From: Candidatus Methylomirabilota bacterium
GTDB taxonomy: Bacteria; Methylomirabilota; Methylomirabilia; Rokubacteriales; CSP1-6
DNA length: 30,951 bases
Direction of reading: 5' to 3'
NCBI GenBank assembly: GCA_046726415.1
Contig: JBKPAK010000263.1
Coordinates: 1 to 30,951, forward strand
A program made the position numbers and the translations under genes. A model generated the notes under the pieces. It saw only the letters and a list, made by a program, of their open reading frames with translations. It did not search any database and was not told the origin of the DNA. Positions 11,440 through 19,546 of this stretch are shown piece after piece. Each line of letters opens with the position of its first letter. Within the stretch, counting starts at the first letter, position 1.

Positions 11440-12216
11440 CTAAATCATCGTCAGGCCGCCAGAGACTGAAAGCGTCTGGCCGGTGATGAAGCCCGCGCCA
11501 TCCGAGGCCAGGAAGACGACGGCGGGCGCCACATCCTCCGCGGTCCCGAGCCGCCCCCATGGAATCACGCGCTTGAGACTCTCGGCGAGCTTGGGGCTCG
11601 CCGCCGCGAACTCGTTGCGGAAGAGTGGCGTGTCGGATGGCCCCGGACAGACGCAGTTCACGTTCACCTGGTAGCGGGCCACCTCGCGGGCCATCGTCTT
11701 GGTGAAGGCGATGATGCCGCCCTTGGCCGCGGAGTAGACGGCTTCGCCGGTCGAGCCGACCCGTCCGGCATCGGAGGCGACAGACACGATCTTGCCGTAC
11801 TTCTGCGCGATCATCGCCGGGAGCACGGCCTTGGTGCAGATGAGCGGGCCTTTGAGATTGATGCCCAGAACCTTGTCCCAGAACTCCTCGGTGGTGTCCA
11901 CGAACGCCATGGGGTGGTCCCAGCCGGCGTTGTTCACCAGGATATGCACGGTGCCCCAGCGCGTCACCACGTCGGAGACCATCGCCTCCACGACGGCACG
12001 CCGCGTGACGTCGACCTGGTAGGGCTGGGCCTGGCCAGCGGCCGTCACGATGGCGCTCGCCGTTTCGACGGCGCCCGCCTCGTTCAGGTCGGCGATGGCC
12101 ACCCGCGCACCGGCGGCAGCCATGGCCAGCGCGATGGCGCGACCGATGCCGCTGGCCGCTCCCGTCACGATGGCGACCCGGTCGCGCAGCAGCGCGGGTT
12201 CGGCGGTCGACGTCAT
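11440..12216 (-). CDS. Short-chain dehydrogenase/reductase (BadH/FabG-like acyl-CoA oxidoreductase)
   Basis: TGAASGIG, NNAGWD, ASDAGRVGSTGEAVYSAAKGG, CPGPSDT, SVSGGLTM. ATG 12216 lies in an ATGA overlap with the upstream relic. Confidence 0.9.
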   Translation of the reverse strand: MTSTAEPALLRDRVAIVTGAASGIGRAIALAMAAAGARVAIADLNEAGAVETASAIVTAAGQAQPYQVDVTRRAVVEAMVSDVVTRWGTVHILVNNAGWDHPMAFVDTTEEFWDKVLGINLKGPLICTKAVLPAMIAQKYGKIVSVASDAGRVGSTGEAVYSAAKGGIIAFTKTMAREVARYQVNVNCVCPGPSDTPLFRNEFAAASPKLAESLKRVIPWGRLGTAEDVAPAVVFLASDGAGFITGQTLSVSGGLTMI

Positions 12217-12280
12217 ACCCAGAGCCTCCTGGCGAGGATCTCGCGAGTCCCGCCCCCGATGGTCAGAGCCGCGCCTCCCC
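12213..12280 (-). pseudogene. C-terminal relic of an acyl-CoA dehydrogenase
   Basis: Reads (EARL)/LTIGGGT-REILARRLWV*, versus the ACAD C-terminal consensus DARxxxIGGGTSEIMREIIARRL. It has a frameshift and an apparent 4-codon deletion, and its stop overlaps the SDR ATG. Confidence 0.72.
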
Positions 12281-12293
12281 GCGTGCACCGTGT

Positions 12294-12311
12294 CCGCCCT
12301 GGGATCTTAGC
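12294..12311 (-). repeat. 18-bp direct repeat copy 1, containing a -10-like TAAGAT
   Basis: + strand CCGCCCTGGGATCTTAGC; 17/18 identical to 17807-17824. Confidence 0.75.
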
Positions 12312-12316
12312 TGGTA

Positions 12317-12351
12317 GGCGGAGGCTCCGCCATCACGGCGAAGCCTCCGCC
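12317..12351. terminator. Strong hairpin downstream of the 12404-14902 gene
   Basis: GGCGGAGGCTCCGCC-ATCAC-GGCGAAGCCTCCGCC, 14/15 paired. No U-tract, so terminator function is unproven. Confidence 0.45.
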
Positions 12352-12403
12352 GCGGCAGACGTTCGCGACCATCCTCGAGCGCACACGGGAGGAGGGTGAT
12401 GCG

Positions 12404-14902
12404 CTACCGTTCGGCTGCGAAGCCGATCGCGAAGGCGGCCGGGATCAGCAGCGCATAGCAGGCGGCGCCGATCACCAGCGTCGTCGAGATCCCGAGGGCC
12501 ATGCTCACGGCGACGGCCAGGATCGAGGCAAAGACGCCGGCGGCGCCGTTGATGCCCCAGAACCACGGGGTCGGCCGCGCGTCGACGGCCGCGATCAGGC
12601 GAATGCCGGTCGGGAACCCCCATCCCATGAGAAGGCCCGACGGCGCAATGAGCGCTACGGCGAGCGACGCCCGCACCGGCAGGGACGAGCTGGCGAATGT
12701 GTACGCCACTGCGCGGGCCGTCAGCGGCAAAGTGCAGAGGTAGGTCGCCGTGACGGCCGCCCACGCAACGAAGCTCGCGCTCCGAGCGAGTCGAACTCGC
12801 TCGGAGAGGAGGCTGCCGAGGCCGGTCGCCAAAATCATCGCAAAGAGGACGATGCTGAGCGAATAGATTGGATGGCCGAGAAAGACGCTCATGCGCTGGA
12901 GAAGCCCGATCTCGATGCACATGAATCCTACGCCGATGAGCATGAAATAGGCGGTGCCGCCCATGGCCAGCCGCGGGCCGACATGGCGGAGGGCCGGGTG
13001 CAACGGGATCACAATCGTGGCGACGACCAGGGCCGCCGCGACGACGAAGAGCATGCCCAGCGTCACCGTGGCCAGGAGATTGCCCTTGTAGATGATGCCA
13101 TGACGCTGAGCGAGCTCTGGCTCCCAGATCAACCGAGGCAACTCCCGGAGCGGAAACTGATTGAAGAAAAATGGACGTTCGTCGGTCGGGACGGTGAGAT
13201 CCAGCTCGAGGCCGTGCGTTGCATGATCAAGCTCGTCGGCGCTCTGACTCGCGAGGATCCTCGAGATCACCGACGACGGCGGCGCAGTGTCGGGATCGAC
13301 GAGAACCGTGTACTGCATCTCCGCGACCGCCCCCCGCAGGGCGGCGAGCTGCGAGCCCGTCAACGGCGCCCGGCCGAGCACCAGCGTGGCGATCGACCCC
13401 GAGGCGGCGACGAAGATGTGGCGCGCCGGCTCACGGACCTCTGACTCCAGCAGGGCGGCCATGGCGAGGCCGATCATTCGCGCCGTCTCGTCGACCTCGC
13501 CGCTCTCGTACCAGCGGCTAACCGTGAACACCCCGTGCTCAGCGAGCCGATCGAGGAAGATCCGCCATGCCTCCAGGGTGTAGAGACTGTTCTCGCTCAG
13601 CGAGAAGGCGCCGGCTCCGGTGGCGGCCCAGGTGTCGACCAGGCTCATCTGGATGACGTCGAAGGTCTCCGAGCTTCGGGCGAACCAGCTCCGTGCCTCG
13701 TCGACGTGGAGATCGACCCCTCCCAGACGGCGCAGGTCCACATAGTCGGCGAAGCCCGAGGTCTGCACGAGCAGGCGGACGAGGATGGGATTGATCTCGA
13801 CACCGATGATGTCCGGCACGCCGAATACTCGTGCGCTCACCACATCGCGTCCGCCGCCGACCCCGATGATCCCGGCGCGCCGCAGGTCGGGGAGAAAGTA
13901 GGCGAGGTTCGTCACGTCGTACCGAAGGAAACCTGCCTTGCCCGAATCTCCGTTGATGCGGTAGATCGCCGTTGCCGCGTCACCGTCGATGTTCAACGTC
14001 CGCTGCTCGGTGGGCCACCGCGCCGGCTCGAAGCGGGGAGACGCGCCCCACATCTGAGGTTCAGGGGAAGCGTGCGCATAGACCGCCACGCGAGAGAACG
14101 AGTTCCACGCCTCGAACAGCCTCGGCCACGCCGACTCGTCGAAGCCTTTCACGAACACAGGCCGCAACCCATGCTCACTCAACCCGTTGGCCAGAGCACT
14201 GGCGACCAGCACGATGACGAGCGACTTGCGCCACTCCAGCATCGCCGCAAAGGCCGGACGGTGCGCGGGGGCGGCGCCGACTCGCGAGGCGCTGAAGGCG
14301 AGGGAGGCCACCGCGGCCAGCGCGCCACTCCACAGAACTGCCGAGGGCGCGTCGGTCGCGTTCAGGACGGCCAGCACGCCGAGGCATCCGGCGGCGGCGC
14401 CGGCAAGGTCGACACCGTAGACGCGCCCCACCGGGAATGGACTTCGCGTCAAGGCCAGGCTGACGACGACGCCGGAAAAGAAGAAAGGCACCGCGATGCA
14501 GGTGGCGAGCTCCACCCAAACCAGGAGACCGACGAGTGTGGGCACCAGAGTGGGCGAGAGCGTGAGCTGCGCGGCACCCGACGCGGCCGTGGCCAGGGCC
14601 AGGGCGGCGCTGAAGTGGGCGAGGTCCCACGAGAGCGTGGCCGACGTGAAGCGTTCGCCCCGCAGATAGACCCAGACCGCTCCGCTGGTGAGCCCGAACA
14701 TGGCCACGCTGATCACAAAAAAGGCGAGGTGGTACCAGGAGACGACGGAAAGGATGCGCGTTTGGATCACTTGCAGCATCAGGGTGGCCGCGGTGACGAG
14801 GAAGACCCCCGCGTAGAACAGCGCCGGCCGGCTGCGGCCGCCAGGAGAGTCGGCACGCGCGGAGGTCCGGGTATCGCCAGCGGGTTCAGACTCCTTGTCC
14901 AT
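12404..14902 (-). CDS. Large membrane protein with a central spermidine-synthase-like/class I SAM-binding domain
   Basis: 832 aa from MDKESEP. N- and C-terminal TM bundles; GIIGVGGGRDV, GVEINP, DEARSW, FDVIQMSLVDTWAATGAGAFSLSENSLYT, WFWGINGAAGV. The upstream part of the 1115-aa ORF overlaps the next gene and is spurious. Confidence 0.82.
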   Translation of the reverse strand: MDKESEPAGDTRTSARADSPGGRSRPALFYAGVFLVTAATLMLQVIQTRILSVVSWYHLAFFVISVAMFGLTSGAVWVYLRGERFTSATLSWDLAHFSAALALATAASGAAQLTLSPTLVPTLVGLLVWVELATCIAVPFFFSGVVVSLALTRSPFPVGRVYGVDLAGAAAGCLGVLAVLNATDAPSAVLWSGALAAVASLAFSASRVGAAPAHRPAFAAMLEWRKSLVIVLVASALANGLSEHGLRPVFVKGFDESAWPRLFEAWNSFSRVAVYAHASPEPQMWGASPRFEPARWPTEQRTLNIDGDAATAIYRINGDSGKAGFLRYDVTNLAYFLPDLRRAGIIGVGGGRDVVSARVFGVPDIIGVEINPILVRLLVQTSGFADYVDLRRLGGVDLHVDEARSWFARSSETFDVIQMSLVDTWAATGAGAFSLSENSLYTLEAWRIFLDRLAEHGVFTVSRWYESGEVDETARMIGLAMAALLESEVREPARHIFVAASGSIATLVLGRAPLTGSQLAALRGAVAEMQYTVLVDPDTAPPSSVISRILASQSADELDHATHGLELDLTVPTDERPFFFNQFPLRELPRLIWEPELAQRHGIIYKGNLLATVTLGMLFVVAAALVVATIVIPLHPALRHVGPRLAMGGTAYFMLIGVGFMCIEIGLLQRMSVFLGHPIYSLSIVLFAMILATGLGSLLSERVRLARSASFVAWAAVTATYLCTLPLTARAVAYTFASSSLPVRASLAVALIAPSGLLMGWGFPTGIRLIAAVDARPTPWFWGINGAAGVFASILAVAVSMALGISTTLVIGAACYALLIPAAFAIGFAAER

Positions 14903-14907
14903 TCGCT

Positions 14908-16488
14908 CTACGCCCCTGCGCCGCGTCGCTGCTCCAGCACATACACGCGTTCGGACCTTCCCACCCAGCGGGTATACGGGAAGGACGCAACGACCTTCCA
15001 TCCTGGCTTGGCCTGGTTGCTGATGCGGTACGGGACCGTTGCCGACACGTTGACTTCGGGAACCGCCACCGCCCCGGCCGCGTCGCGGCGTGCGTGCTCC
15101 GGATGGGCCCACTGGAGCCAGCCGTTGACCACGTAGCCCCCATCGAAGTCGGCCGCGGCGATCCCGATCGACTGCAGATGCTCGACGGCCATCCACAGCG
15201 CTCGGTTGTAGGCAAGGTGATCGCGGACGCCGACGAGTGCGACCAGTCCCATGGCCACGATCAGTGCGGCTGTCACCCTCGGCCTGACGATGGGCCCGCC
15301 GCGCAAGGCCAATACCATTGCCACCGGCACCAGCGCCAGGGCGTAGCGGTCGAAGAACAGCCACAGCAACCCGATGAGCAGGAACTGCCCGACGATCTGC
15401 AGCAGCAGAAACGTGTCCGGCACCTCCGGCCGACGGACCGAGCGCGCCCCGACGACCGACGCCGACCCCAAGGTGACGGCCGTCACCACCCAGACCCACC
15501 ACGCCGCCTCCGCTGGCTTGTCGTAGTCGGGTACGAGCAGCTCGGTCATCCCCAGCTCGCCGGGCGACCATGTCTGCCCGGCGGTCAGGGGAGTGGGATG
15601 CGACGGTGGAGCACATAGCGAGGTCGTCACGACTGCCAATAGCGCCAGCATCACGGCCAGCGCACTCCACAGCTGGCGTCGGCTGATCACGCCCGCCGCC
15701 AACGGGAGGAGGGCCAGCCCGAGCGCCCCGGCGAGAAATTTCGCCGCGCACACCGACATGACCGGCAAGAACTGGAACGCCTGTTCCTTGAGCAGCCGCA
15801 CCCGGCTGCCCGGAGCGTTGAAGACAGCGGTCAGATCACCAACCACCTCGAGGTGCCGTTGAAACCACCAGGCGATCAGCCCGAAGAACACCAGCGCGGT
15901 CATCGGCCAGACGAACCGCGCTTGGCGGCGCCCCCACCCCTCCGGGTCCACCAGCATGGTCAGCCCCATCGCCACCGGCAGCACGACGCCCACCACGCGG
16001 ATACCCACCGCGGCGCAGGACACCGCGATCCCAATCCACAGCCAGCGGTTGCTCCGCCGGCTCGTCGCGCGCAGGAAGGCCAGGGTCCCCCAGATGATGC
16101 AGGTCACCAGCGGGATGTCGGTCATGAACGAGAACGACAGTGCGAAGTAAATCGGGTAGGCGCCGAGGCAGGCGGTACCGACCAGCGCATCACGTCGGAT
16201 CACCTTCTGGTCGCGCAGCAGCAGGTACATCCCCCACAGCCCCAGCAGTCCCACGACCCACGTCGCCACCCGAAGCGCCGTGAACGAGAAGCCGAACGGG
16301 AGACAGAACAGCACCCCCCAGACGACCTGGACCGGGTTCAGGCTACCGGAGTAGTCGAGCACCCGCAGGTCGCCGCTATGCAGCAGCCGTTCCACCGGCC
16401 AGGCATACACCCAGTCGTCGATGAAGGGCGTATTCTGGAACGGTCGCACGAGCAGCGCCGCCGCCAGCCAGGCCAACGCAATCCACAT
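14908..16488 (-). CDS. GT-C (ArnT/PMT-like) integral membrane glycosyltransferase
   Basis: 526 aa; DDWVY acidic motif after TM1, SFSFMTDIP, FFDRY, many TM helices; adjacent to a polyprenol-phosphate sugar synthase. Confidence 0.78.
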   Translation of the reverse strand: MWIALAWLAAALLVRPFQNTPFIDDWVYAWPVERLLHSGDLRVLDYSGSLNPVQVVWGVLFCLPFGFSFTALRVATWVVGLLGLWGMYLLLRDQKVIRRDALVGTACLGAYPIYFALSFSFMTDIPLVTCIIWGTLAFLRATSRRSNRWLWIGIAVSCAAVGIRVVGVVLPVAMGLTMLVDPEGWGRRQARFVWPMTALVFFGLIAWWFQRHLEVVGDLTAVFNAPGSRVRLLKEQAFQFLPVMSVCAAKFLAGALGLALLPLAAGVISRRQLWSALAVMLALLAVVTTSLCAPPSHPTPLTAGQTWSPGELGMTELLVPDYDKPAEAAWWVWVVTAVTLGSASVVGARSVRRPEVPDTFLLLQIVGQFLLIGLLWLFFDRYALALVPVAMVLALRGGPIVRPRVTAALIVAMGLVALVGVRDHLAYNRALWMAVEHLQSIGIAAADFDGGYVVNGWLQWAHPEHARRDAAGAVAVPEVNVSATVPYRISNQAKPGWKVVASFPYTRWVGRSERVYVLEQRRGAGA

Positions 16489-16517
16489 CAGATCGAGCGG
16501 CCGAGGATCGTCGCCGT

Positions 16518-17606
16518 TTACCTGCGTCTACCCCACGTGTAGAGCTGGGTCACGGCATAGTTCCACACGGCACCAACGAGGACCCCGGCCAGCGCAGCAA
16601 ACACCCATTGCGTGCGGTTCTCGAACAGATAGCTAGCGATTCCCACATTGGCGAGGGCGCCGATGCTGCAGGCGATCATGAAGGTGACGAGACCTCTCAG
16701 CCATGGCCACCCTCGCAGGCGGCGATCGCGGTAGGTCAAGGTGTTATTGAGCGCGAAGTTGAAGATCATGGTGAGGCCGGTGGCGGCGGACTGGGCTGCG
16801 GTGAAGCCCGATCCCAAGGCGGTGAGCATCAGGGTGAGAATGGCCATGTGAACGCCCACCCCGAGGCCGCCCACGATCGAAAAAGCCAGGAAGCGCACGG
16901 GCAGAAAGCGGCCGATCGTCTTGTCGGCGAGCAGCATGCCGTATTCCCACACGACGCGCTCGTCGAGCTTGCTGTCGCCGGCGAAGCGATTGCGGAAGCA
17001 GTACGGCACTTCCGCGATGCGCAGCGGTTGCTTGGACGTGGCCAGGATGTCCAGCAGGATCTTGAAGCCCAGGCCCGAAAGGCCGCGGACGGTCGACTCC
17101 AGGACCTCGCGCCGCAGCATGAAGAACCCACTCATGGGATCGGAGACTGGCTGCCTCATGATCGCGTGGCTCGCCAATGTCGCGATCCGACTCAGGGCCT
17201 TCCGCGAACGCATCCAGTGGCCGGTGCTGCCGCCGGCGCCATAACGCGTCCCCACGACCACGTCCGCTCCGCCCTGCTCGATCTCGACGAGCATCTTGGA
17301 CAGCACGGCCTCATCGTGCTGGAGATCGCCGTCCATGACGGCGATGGTCGGCGCCGGCGCAGCCAACATTCCCTCGATACAGGCTGACGACAGGCCTCTC
17401 CGCCCGATCCGCTGCAGGCAGCGGACTCGCGGGTCGGCTCGGGCGATGGTGCGCACCTCGGCGGCGGTGCCGTCCGGTGAGTCGTCGTCGACGAAAATGA
17501 CTTCCCAGCCTGTCGCTCCCAGGGTCGTGTCGAGGCGGCTGAGCAACTCGCGCACGTTGCCCCGCTCGTTGAAGGTGGGGACCACGATGGACAGGCGCAG
17601 GGTCAA
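16518..17606 (-). CDS. GT2 polyprenol-phosphate sugar synthase (Dpm1/Ppm1-like) fused to a GtrA flippase-like domain
   Basis: VVPTFNERGN, VDDDSPDGT, VMDGDLQHD, DPMSGFF, GFKILLD; C-terminal RFLAFSIVG...NFALNNTLTYRD...WNY TM domain. TTG start. Confidence 0.92.
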   Translation of the reverse strand: MTLRLSIVVPTFNERGNVRELLSRLDTTLGATGWEVIFVDDDSPDGTAAEVRTIARADPRVRCLQRIGRRGLSSACIEGMLAAPAPTIAVMDGDLQHDEAVLSKMLVEIEQGGADVVVGTRYGAGGSTGHWMRSRKALSRIATLASHAIMRQPVSDPMSGFFMLRREVLESTVRGLSGLGFKILLDILATSKQPLRIAEVPYCFRNRFAGDSKLDERVVWEYGMLLADKTIGRFLPVRFLAFSIVGGLGVGVHMAILTLMLTALGSGFTAAQSAATGLTMIFNFALNNTLTYRDRRLRGWPWLRGLVTFMIACSIGALANVGIASYLFENRTQWVFAALAGVLVGAVWNYAVTQLYTWGRRR

Positions 17607-17687
17607 TGGTCTCGCCGCGTGGGCCTCGTCGCTGCGGTGATTGGTGACAGACGCGATGGGACGTGCGCTGGCCTGAGTCGTGTCGAC

Positions 17688-17776
17688 CTACTCTTCGATG
17701 TGAGGCGCGATCTCCTTCTCGATGTAGCTCCGCATGGCGGCCTGGACATCTGGTACGGCTCGTTGAAGACCTTCAT
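17688..17776 (-). pseudogene. N-terminal relic of an acyl-CoA dehydrogenase
   Basis: RBS GGAGAGG + ATG. Reads MKVFNEPYQM, then after a 1-nt deletion QAAMRSYIEKEIAPHIEE* (89 nt; TAG where Trp is expected). Matches the ACAD N-terminal pattern F-x-EEH-x-MFR-x-x-VR-x-F-x-EKEIAPH-x-x-EW. Confidence 0.78.
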
Positions 17777-17806
17777 GATCCCTCTCCGGCGACGGCCGCC
17801 AAGCAC

Positions 17807-17827
17807 CCGCCCCGGGATCTTAGCAGG
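17807..17827 (-). promoter_or_regulatory. Extended -10-like element TGcTAAGAT within direct repeat copy 2
   Basis: Minus strand CTGCTAAGATCCCGGGGCGG, ~40 nt upstream of the ACAD relic ATG. Confidence 0.55.
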
Positions 17828-17889
17828 GCCCCAGTCCGGCCGGCGCCGCTCCGCAGCGAGGGCGACCGGATGCTCCGGGTGAGCAGGGC

Positions 17890-18534
17890 TTAGCGGGAAC
17901 CGGCGGGCTTGCGGAACAGCGAGAAGAGGATCTCCATCTCGACGCCGTCCTTCGCGCCCCGCATGATCTCTTCGGTCTCGAGCTGATAGCCCACGTTTCC
18001 AAAGAGGTCATGGTACGTCCGGATGATCCAGGGCACCAGCAGTGGCTGCTCGATCCCGCACTTCGTGTTGGCCAGCGCCAGCCGTCCGCCGTCGGCCGTC
18101 GCCGCGAAGAGCTCGGAGGCGAGCCACGCGACGTCGAAGAACGAGTAGAGCCAGCCGAGGAGATAGATCATCTCGGCCATCACCACGAGGTCCCACGGTC
18201 CCTCCGCCCGCGGATCGTATTCCATGACGTTAGCGACTCGAAACTCGACGGCGGTCGACCCCACGGCCATCGCGCGGGCCCGCGCGATGGCGGCCGGGGC
18301 GATGTCCAGCGCGACGACCGAATCGGCCATCCGGGCCAGGCGTCGGGTGAACGCCCCCGCGCCGCAGCCGATCTCGAGGACCCGTCGGTACCGCCGGCCA
18401 TCGACCAGCGCCACCAGGCGTTCGTGCTCCCGCTGGGTGAGCTCGGACGTCTCGATGTCCCAGGGATCACCCTTGCCCCAGAGGGCATCGAAGAACTCGC
18501 GGGCGTGCTGCCCAACCCGCTCCCGTTCGATCAT
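17890..18534 (-). CDS. NodS-like class I SAM-dependent methyltransferase
   Basis: 214 aa from MIERE; GDPW, RYRRVLEIGCGAGAFTRRLA, LDIAPAAIARAR, WDLVVMAEMIYLL resemble the NodS family. Confidence 0.82.
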   Translation of the reverse strand: MIERERVGQHAREFFDALWGKGDPWDIETSELTQREHERLVALVDGRRYRRVLEIGCGAGAFTRRLARMADSVVALDIAPAAIARARAMAVGSTAVEFRVANVMEYDPRAEGPWDLVVMAEMIYLLGWLYSFFDVAWLASELFAATADGGRLALANTKCGIEQPLLVPWIIRTYHDLFGNVGYQLETEEIMRGAKDGVEMEILFSLFRKPAGSR

Positions 18535-18565
18535 GCCTGGTCGAGGTGGGCGTCGGCGCAACGCT

Positions 18566-19444
18566 TCATCGCTGGCCGAGGGCCGGAGTCTTCTGAAACA
18601 CCTGGTGTCCCCAGAGCCATTCGTCCCGCCACACCTCCACACCGCCCAGCTCTCGCAGGCGGGCCAGCGTCGGCTCGAAATCCTCCACGATGTGCATCGG
18701 GTGGTTGGGGTCAGGTTGAGACCCGAACCGCCCGAACACGAAACCGCCAGGTCTGAGCGCCTCCCACAGTTCCTGCGCGGTGCCGACGGGATCCACGAGG
18801 TGCTCGAAGACGTCCATCGCGGTGATCATGTCGAAGCCTTCTCGGGGGAGCCCGGAGGTCTTGAGGTCGATGTCAGTAGCCGGCAGCCCGCGAAGCGCCA
18901 GACGCCAACGGCTGCAGTCGAGCAGGGGCGAACTGATGTCGGCAATGGTGACGTCGAGCCCGTGACGCGCGAAGAGGATGGCCCCGGATCCGACCCCCGA
19001 CCCGAAGTCCAGGCACGTCCGGCAGTCGTGCCGCTTGGCGTACTCGAGGGCCACCACATAGGCGAGCGGGGACAGATCGTCGCTCAGCGTGTGCCACCAG
19101 ATCAATTCGTAGATCGCGGTCCTGCTCTCGTCGTAGAAGCGCTCGACGGACGCCCGGCGGTGTCGATCCACGCGGTCTGTCCACTCGCGGGTCAGCTCCG
19201 CGACCGCCTGACGACAACGGTTCTCGATTTCCCGCCGATCGTCGGAGCCCACGTAGCGGCCGAGCTCGGCCAGCAAACTGTCCGGCAGGTCTCGGTGTCC
19301 CTCGAGCCGCAGAGCGTCGGCCCATACCCTTCGGTACGCATCGAGCAGCTGCTCTTGTTGCGCGCCGAATGCCTCTCTGGTCAGCTCACCGCGGTCGACC
19401 AGGTGCCACAGGCTCTTCAGCCGGTCAGGGAGGAGCTGATCCAT
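18566..19444 (-). CDS. Class I SAM-dependent methyltransferase with a helical N-terminal extension
   Basis: 292 aa; LDFGSGVG, IADIS, FDMITAMDVFEHL, LRPGG. Confidence 0.85.
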   Translation of the reverse strand: MDQLLPDRLKSLWHLVDRGELTREAFGAQQEQLLDAYRRVWADALRLEGHRDLPDSLLAELGRYVGSDDRREIENRCRQAVAELTREWTDRVDRHRRASVERFYDESRTAIYELIWWHTLSDDLSPLAYVVALEYAKRHDCRTCLDFGSGVGSGAILFARHGLDVTIADISSPLLDCSRWRLALRGLPATDIDLKTSGLPREGFDMITAMDVFEHLVDPVGTAQELWEALRPGGFVFGRFGSQPDPNHPMHIVEDFEPTLARLRELGGVEVWRDEWLWGHQVFQKTPALGQR

Positions 19445-19546
19445 GCGTTCCTTCCCCGCCGTCAGCCTGAAGGCTCGCCCGACGCGCTCGTTGTGCCGAC
19501 CCCAGGCTGGCGGGTTTGCGGCACCGTCTGCGACGCAGGCGTCATG

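Noticed and set aside
12404-14902. speE spermidine synthase
   Set aside because: Large TM domains and a non-canonical post-FDVI motif; symbol withheld.
14903-15751. N-terminal extension giving a 1115-aa protein
   Set aside because: Arg/Gly-rich off-frame reading overlapping the GT-C gene; ATG 14902 sits 5 bp after that gene's stop.
17688-17776. Programmed frameshift or stop read-through yielding a functional ACAD
   Set aside because: No slippery site, and ACAD similarity ends at the TAG; the rest of the gene is absent.
17603-17806. 67-aa ORF as a real small protein
   Set aside because: Better explained as the frameshifted ACAD relic.
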